DNA from: a virus
DNA: 64,000 nt
Reading direction: 5' to 3' (one strand)
IMG/VR virus record: IMGVR_UViG_3300034112_000721
Location: 32,001-96,000 of that record
In this document: positions 60,117 to 64,000 of the stretch, piece by piece
Position numbering within the stretch: the first letter of the stretch is position 1
Layout: each line of letters starts with the position of its first letter
Notes under the pieces: model-generated
The model's input: the letters and a program-made list of their open reading frames with translations, nothing else
Told to the model about the DNA's origin: nothing
Databases searched by the model: none
Made by a program: the position numbers and the translations under genes

Positions 60117-60183
60117 AAATAACAAAGGCCCGGGCTTTCAACTCCAGACCTTTGTACCAGTATTAACCAAATAATATAGCATG
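60117..60183 (-). ncRNA. Candidate stand-alone sRNA with a UUGGUU-loop hairpin (copy 2)
   Basis: Own TATATTTG promoter (60185-60192), hairpin TATTA-TTTGGT-TAATA, ACTGGTA, terminator ACAAAGGTCTGG...CCGGGCCTTTGT. Confidence 0.55.
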
Positions 60184-60410
60184 ACAAATATACAACTGTA
60201 TTTTAATATTCCAAACCGGTGGTAAAAATATTTTGTTTTAGAGATTGTTAGGGACCCCTAGTAGCCAGACCCCCCCACCTGCCGCGCTTGGTGCTACCCC
60301 CTACTTCTTTCTACTAGACATGTTGAATTGTAGAATAATTTGTAAATGTTTTACAGCTGGAAGTTTCTGGTACTTCTTTCTACAGATGTTGAATCATTAA
60401 AATTTTTATC

Positions 60411-60641
60411 ATGAAAAAGTTACTTGTTACTGTTATGTTCTTTGCTGTTTTGTTTGGTGTACCAATGATGTTTTATTGGGTAGTGTTCTATATATTATAT
60501 ATGGGCTTTGCGGTAGATATTGTTATTAGCTTCTTGATATCTCTTATGGGTAGTGTGACCATGTTTCTTGGACTTGTTAAGGTTGCTGAGAAGTTAGTTA
60601 ATAAGGGTTTGGATATATACATTATTGATATGAGAAGATAA
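60411..60641 (+). CDS. Early small membrane protein
   Basis: 76 aa with two hydrophobic segments; preceded by the motif and followed by a hairpin. Confidence 0.7.
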   Translation: MKKLLVTVMFFAVLFGVPMMFYWVVFYILYMGFAVDIVISFLISLMGSVTMFLGLVKVAEKLVNKGLDIYIIDMRR

Positions 60642-60683
60642 GGGCTTTGCCCTTTCTTCTTGTACTTCTTCTTACTTGTTTAG

Positions 60684-60786
60684 AATATAACAAGGAATGT
60701 TTCCTGGGGGAGCAAGGCCAGCCGTGGCTACTGCTTAATATACCTACGAGAGGAAGTCCTACGGAAACACTTGTTATATTTTTTTT
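60684..60786 (+). ncRNA. Structured ncRNA A
   Basis: AATATAACAAG/CTTGTTATATT and TGTTTCC/GGAAACA close a three-way junction; U-tract at the end; no ORF. Confidence 0.65.
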
Positions 60787-60828
60787 ATACTTCTTCTTAC
60801 TTGTGTTAAACTATTAAAATTATTTATT

Positions 60829-60978
60829 ATGAAAGATTTTGTTAACTATTTGATTGCTGTTGTATCTATGGGTTGTATAACAGGTTTACTTGTTTCTATG
60901 GGATCTCAGATCTTATTAGCTATGGGAATTATGTCTTTATTTTGGGCAGGTATGTTTGCGCCAATGTTAAGGGGATAA
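60829..60978 (+). CDS. 49-aa two-TM early protein
   Basis: MKDFVNYLIAVVSMGCITGLLVSMGSQILLAMGIMSLFWAGMFAPMLRG. Confidence 0.7.
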   Translation: MKDFVNYLIAVVSMGCITGLLVSMGSQILLAMGIMSLFWAGMFAPMLRG

Positions 60979-61030
60979 TTCCCCTTTTATACTTCTTTGT
61001 ACTTATTAAGAACCAATAAAATTTTATGCT

Positions 61031-61105
61031 ATGGGAACTGTAACTTATGTTATTATCAATGGAGTTTTAACTGTTAAGTCTTGGGTAAAGAACCCCAATG
61101 CTTAA
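61031..61105 (+). CDS. 24-aa early peptide
   Basis: MGTVTYVIINGVLTVKSWVKNPNA; AACCAATAAA leader; own motif and terminator. Confidence 0.55.
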   Translation: MGTVTYVIINGVLTVKSWVKNPNA

Positions 61106-61185
61106 TGGTTTAAGTTAAGGGAGAGCAATCTCCCTTTTCTTTTGTACTTATTTATACATATTAGAAACCAATAAATTATTTACTT

Positions 61186-61353
61186 ATGGAAGAGACCAGA
61201 TTAGTTATGACTTGGGAAGAATACAAGTTACTATTAGATGTATTAAACCATGTATATCACCAGACAGATTACAAACCAATAAATGATTTGTATGTCAAGT
61301 TATACATGCAGATGAATGCGCGTAAAGTAGAAGATATAGAGTTACCCTTTTAA
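61186..61353 (+). CDS. 55-aa early protein ending in DIELPF
   Basis: MEETRLVMTWEEYKLLLDVLNHVYHQTDYKPINDLYVKLYMQMNARKVEDIELPF. Confidence 0.75.
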   Translation: MEETRLVMTWEEYKLLLDVLNHVYHQTDYKPINDLYVKLYMQMNARKVEDIELPF

Positions 61354-61380
61354 TAGGGTAATTCTTTCTACTTATTTAAT

Positions 61381-61506
61381 AAAAGTTAGCCAAGGAATGT
61401 AAAGTGTTTTACCGGTGGAGAAAGTAGACTTTGGTGCTGATAATCAAGCACTTACAAAAAGCAAGTTTTTACACAAATTAATACCGCACAAAGCCTTGCT
61501 TATTTT
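61381..61506 (+). ncRNA. Structured ncRNA B
   Basis: CAAGG/CCTTG closing stem, TGTAAAG/TTTTACA stem, GGTGCT/AGCACT hairpin; shares CAAGGAATGT with ncRNA A. Confidence 0.5.
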
Positions 61507-61575
61507 GTCCTTCGGACAGCTTTTATTATACTTCTTTTTACTGTTTTAGATTATTAACCTTTTAATTTATTTATT

Positions 61576-61911
61576 ATGTCTAAAATTAATTTTAGTGAAA
61601 CAAAGTCCTTGGTTGAATTCTTTGGTCAAATATCTGCTACTGATTTGCAGATTTGTCAAAGTAAAAGAACAGGTGGGTTATATGTAGTATTCAAATGTGC
61701 TGATGGTACAGAACAGAATGCTATGTTGGCAAAGTCTATATCTAATATAGATGCTAACAATGCTGCTGATTTGCAAGTATCTTGGATAGAAGGTACTACA
61801 GAAACAGGTAACCCATTGGAAGGTTTTATGATTCATCCAACAGGTGAGCGTAAAGTTGTATCCAACTTTAGCCTTGCAGACCTTACTGCAAAGGTTGGTG
61901 CTATTGGTTAA
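61576..61911 (+). CDS. Early hypothetical protein
   Basis: 111 aa; preceded by the motif and followed by a strong terminator. Confidence 0.8.
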   Translation: MSKINFSETKSLVEFFGQISATDLQICQSKRTGGLYVVFKCADGTEQNAMLAKSISNIDANNAADLQVSWIEGTTETGNPLEGFMIHPTGERKVVSNFSLADLTAKVGAIG

Positions 61912-61920
61912 TAGTACAAC

Positions 61921-61957
61921 AAGAGATAGTGTCAGAAATGACACTATCTTTTTTTTA
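61921..61957 (+). terminator. Intrinsic terminator (others at about 60640, 60969, 61117, 61339)
   Basis: AGATAGTGTCA-GAAA-TGACACTATCT followed by a T-tract. Confidence 0.85.
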
Positions 61958-62247
61958 TATTGCCTTCGGCAGCTTTTGTTTTACTTCTTTCTACTTAGTG
62001 TGGTAGGATATGTGTAGAGACAAGAACCTGTTATATGTATAATTTTTTTTATTTGGCTGTTACTAACCCAAGTTACTGTCAAAATATCTCTTACGCGCGT
62101 GTATGTTTGTTTAAATAAGTGATAGTATCTTGTTTATAGTAAACCTATTACACTATTCTCTACCACTAATAACTCTCTATATTCTATATATAATACTTTA
62201 GTATTATAACAAGATTTTATATAGCTAACCCTTTAATCTTATTACCT

Positions 62248-62475
62248 ATGCTTAGAACTACTTACTTCCTAATAGGAATGTTATTCTCTTCCTTAGTATA
62301 TGCTCTATTACTCTCTATAGAAGAAACACAGAGAGAGCTTCCGGTTAAAGGTATAGACCGGGAATATTATTTAGAAGTTACCGGTGATAGTATCTTCTTA
62401 GAATCTAGACAAGGACAAATCTACCGTGGTAAGTACTCAGACTTAGACAGTCTTATTAATGTAGATAACTTGTAA
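62248..62475 (+). CDS. Small protein with N-terminal TM
   Basis: 75 aa. Confidence 0.7.
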   Translation: MLRTTYFLIGMLFSSLVYALLLSIEETQRELPVKGIDREYYLEVTGDSIFLESRQGQIYRGKYSDLDSLINVDNL

Positions 62476-62590
62476 CAACTATGAACCACAGTATGAGTAT
62501 TCTCTACTAACACATCTAGCGGACTGTGGTTTCCCGTTAAACTAATTACCTCTATATATATTTTATTAACCCGTTTAAATTTTATTTACT

Positions 62591-62731
62591 ATGAAAACAA
62601 TTAGCATTGTTCTATTATGGTTTGCCTTTATTGGTGCCGTTGCTTTTCTTACCGCTTGTAAGAGTGCTCATGTACACTGTGATGCCTATGGTAAGACAGA
62701 ACAAGTTTCCCGAGATGATTCTGCCAAATGA
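62591..62731 (+). CDS. 46-aa lipoprotein (CKS...CDAY family)
   Basis: Translated by hand: MKTISIVLLWFAFIGAVAFLTACKSAHVHCDAYGKTEQVSRDDSAK; ATGA-coupled to the next gene. Confidence 0.75.
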   Translation: MKTISIVLLWFAFIGAVAFLTACKSAHVHCDAYGKTEQVSRDDSAK

Positions 62732-62970
62732 TATTTGACAGATATAAAACACTTGTAGAAGAAAGAGCAGATAATATCCTAATTCTAGATGCTCTTAAAA
62801 ACTCAAATCAAGATCCAGAGATTGTATCTATTGAGATCAGTGATCTTATCTATGAAATAAATTCATTAGATAAAAAGATTAACCAAGAGATAGCCGCAAT
62901 ATCTCTAAAGCTTATAGGGTCAGCCCTAATATTATTTACAATTACATTAACATTAATTAAATTACTATGA
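62728..62970 (+). CDS. Coiled-coil protein with C-terminal TM
   Basis: 80 aa. Confidence 0.7.
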   Translation: MIFDRYKTLVEERADNILILDALKNSNQDPEIVSIEISDLIYEINSLDKKINQEIAAISLKLIGSALILFTITLTLIKLL

Positions 62971-63245
62971 TTAAAACTATTATCTTAGCAAGTACATTAC
63001 TGTTCTCAGTTATTACTGATGACAAGTATGAAGGTTTAACAAAAGAAGAGAAGAAATTTGTAAAGAACATTGAACTAATTGAATTAGAGGTTCTACAAAA
63101 GGTTTACAGAGCTTCCGAAAACACTCTTATGGTAGAGTTTGGTAGTATTAAATATCTCCTTAATTCTGAGACAGGTCATGTTGACAATGTCTGGGTTCTT
63201 GGAGATGATGATATAACCTGGGAAGAATTAGGTCCAGAATACTAG
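62967..63245 (+). CDS. Exported or membrane-anchored small protein
   Basis: 92 aa; signal-peptide-like N-terminus. Confidence 0.7.
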   Translation: MIKTIILASTLLFSVITDDKYEGLTKEEKKFVKNIELIELEVLQKVYRASENTLMVEFGSIKYLLNSETGHVDNVWVLGDDDITWEELGPEY

Positions 63246-63253
63246 AAAGGTAT

Positions 63254-63327
63254 AGTCCCATAGCTCAACTGGATAGAGCAACACACTTCTAATGTGTAGG
63301 TTACAGGTTCGACTCCTGTTGGGACTA
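63254..63327 (+). tRNA. trnR: tRNA-Arg (anticodon TCT), no encoded CCA
   Basis: AGTCCCA/TGGGACT acceptor stem, TAGCTCAACTGGATAGAGC D-arm, ACACA-CTTCTAA-TGTGT anticodon arm, GGTTCGACTCC T-arm. Confidence 0.95.
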
Positions 63328-63351
63328 CTTCTATTCACTAAAATTAATTAC

Positions 63352-63570
63352 ATGAAAGACAATAAGCTTATAACATCAGTAATGGGATTTGATCTTGAAT
63401 GCAAAGTTCTAGATGAAAACAATCAACCAGTAAAACAAGGATTTACCACTGTTTACAAATTTAAAGGCGGACCAAACTTTAAAAACAGAATGATTAACAG
63501 AAAGTTTTGGACTAATTACAATGAGGGTCTATTGAACAAGATTCTAGATTACAGAAGAAATAATGATTAA
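63352..63570 (+). CDS. Hypothetical protein (start corrected to ATG 63352)
   Basis: The track start lies inside the tRNA; MKDNKL... follows an A-rich leader. Confidence 0.7.
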   Translation: MKDNKLITSVMGFDLECKVLDENNQPVKQGFTTVYKFKGGPNFKNRMINRKFWTNYNEGLLNKILDYRRNND

Positions 63571-63985
63571 GACACACATACAATTTGATGAAACAGATGT
63601 TGCCAAGATACTTGAGAAAGTAATTACTGGTGATAACAAAGAAGAGATGATTAAGTTATTGACTCCAATAATATGTGAGGATAATAACAGTGTTGAGCTA
63701 CTTACAAAAGTATACATTGGTCATCCACTTCCTAAAGTAATACCAGAGGGTTCCTTCTGTCATGTAAACTATGATAATCTTGGATACATATCTAACAATA
63801 AACAACAACTCTATCTAGATAACAGAGATGAGAATAACATGCTGGTTGGAATGGTTGGAGATTTCCGCGGTTATCATAAGGACATGTATAAGGTTACATT
63901 TAGACTTAAAGATGATAATGGTAATGTAGTTGAGGATTACAGCTACATAAGATCATATGAAATTGAAGTAATCAAGGAGTTTTAA
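63563..63985 (+). CDS. Hypothetical protein
   Basis: 140 aa, overlaps the previous stop. Confidence 0.75.
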   Translation: MIKTHIQFDETDVAKILEKVITGDNKEEMIKLLTPIICEDNNSVELLTKVYIGHPLPKVIPEGSFCHVNYDNLGYISNNKQQLYLDNRDENNMLVGMVGDFRGYHKDMYKVTFRLKDDNGNVVEDYSYIRSYEIEVIKEF

Positions 63986-64000
63986 GATAGTGTATTCTGT

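Larger units (their letters stand above)
60302..61994 (+). repeat. Nine dispersed TACTT(C/A)TTnnTAC motifs (candidate early promoters)
   Basis: Copies at 60302, 60371, 60663, 60788, 60990, 61145, 61369 (degenerate), 61529, 61982. Confidence 0.8.

Noticed and set aside
60181-60225. Plus-strand 14-codon ORF (MTNIQLYFNIPNRW) with an AACCAA leader
   Set aside because: It lies upstream of the first early motif and overlaps a minus-strand promoter; kept only as an alternative explanation for sRNA copy 2
60684-61506. Known ribozyme or CsrA-sponge identity for ncRNAs A and B
   Set aside because: I found no hammerhead CUGAUGA/GAAA core or HDV-like fold; the single ANGGA is stem-paired rather than in repeated loops
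61678-61944. Minus-strand 88-aa ORF
   Set aside because: Antisense to 61576..61911, which has the motif, leader and terminator support
60302-61994. CRISPR array interpretation of the repeated TACTT motif
   Set aside because: The repeats are about 13 nt and degenerate, spacing varies from about 70 to 450 nt, spacers contain genes, and no cas genes are visible
62050-62240. Possible replication origin in the AT-rich gap
   Set aside because: No iterons or other diagnostic feature could be supported
63292-63351. N-terminal extension of track ORF 63292..63570
   Set aside because: It overlaps the tRNA; ATG 63352 is the better start
1-64000. Stop-codon reassignment, introns or inteins (common in some crAss-like phages)
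   Set aside because: Core genes are intact under code 11, TAG and TGA end genes normally, the tRNA is not a suppressor, and TerL, portal and MCP have ordinary lengths

Overview
AT-rich dsDNA bacteriophage sequence with the gene order of crAss-like (Crassvirales-type) podophages of Bacteroidota, read in the standard genetic code. From about 60.2 kb down to 1, genes run on the minus strand as one late/virion block: accessory and lysis genes, fibres, terminase, portal, scaffold, major capsid, nine small basic proteins, ferritin, a Cys-rich structural module, ring/IHF/muzzle tail genes, and five very large cargo-type proteins. The last cargo ORF (>1246 aa) runs off the window and is missing from the ORF track. 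From about 60.3 kb the plus strand carries a probable early region built from repeated motif/tiny gene or ncRNA/hairpin cassettes, followed by tRNA-Arg(TCT). The most notable observations are: (1) a [YFMA]xxGG signal shared by the cargo proteins and the small basic proteins, which falls at the domain boundaries of a 1645-aa multi-enzyme protein and suggests a polyprotein-processing or capsid-targeting system; (2) two homologous minus-strand RNA elements with UUGGUU loops complementary to the AACCAA motif in front of several phage start codons; (3) a nine-unit early cassette array containing structured ncRNAs; (4) two tiny paralogous C-K-S...C-D-A-Y lipoproteins. All family assignments come from motif recognition by eye, not from database searches.
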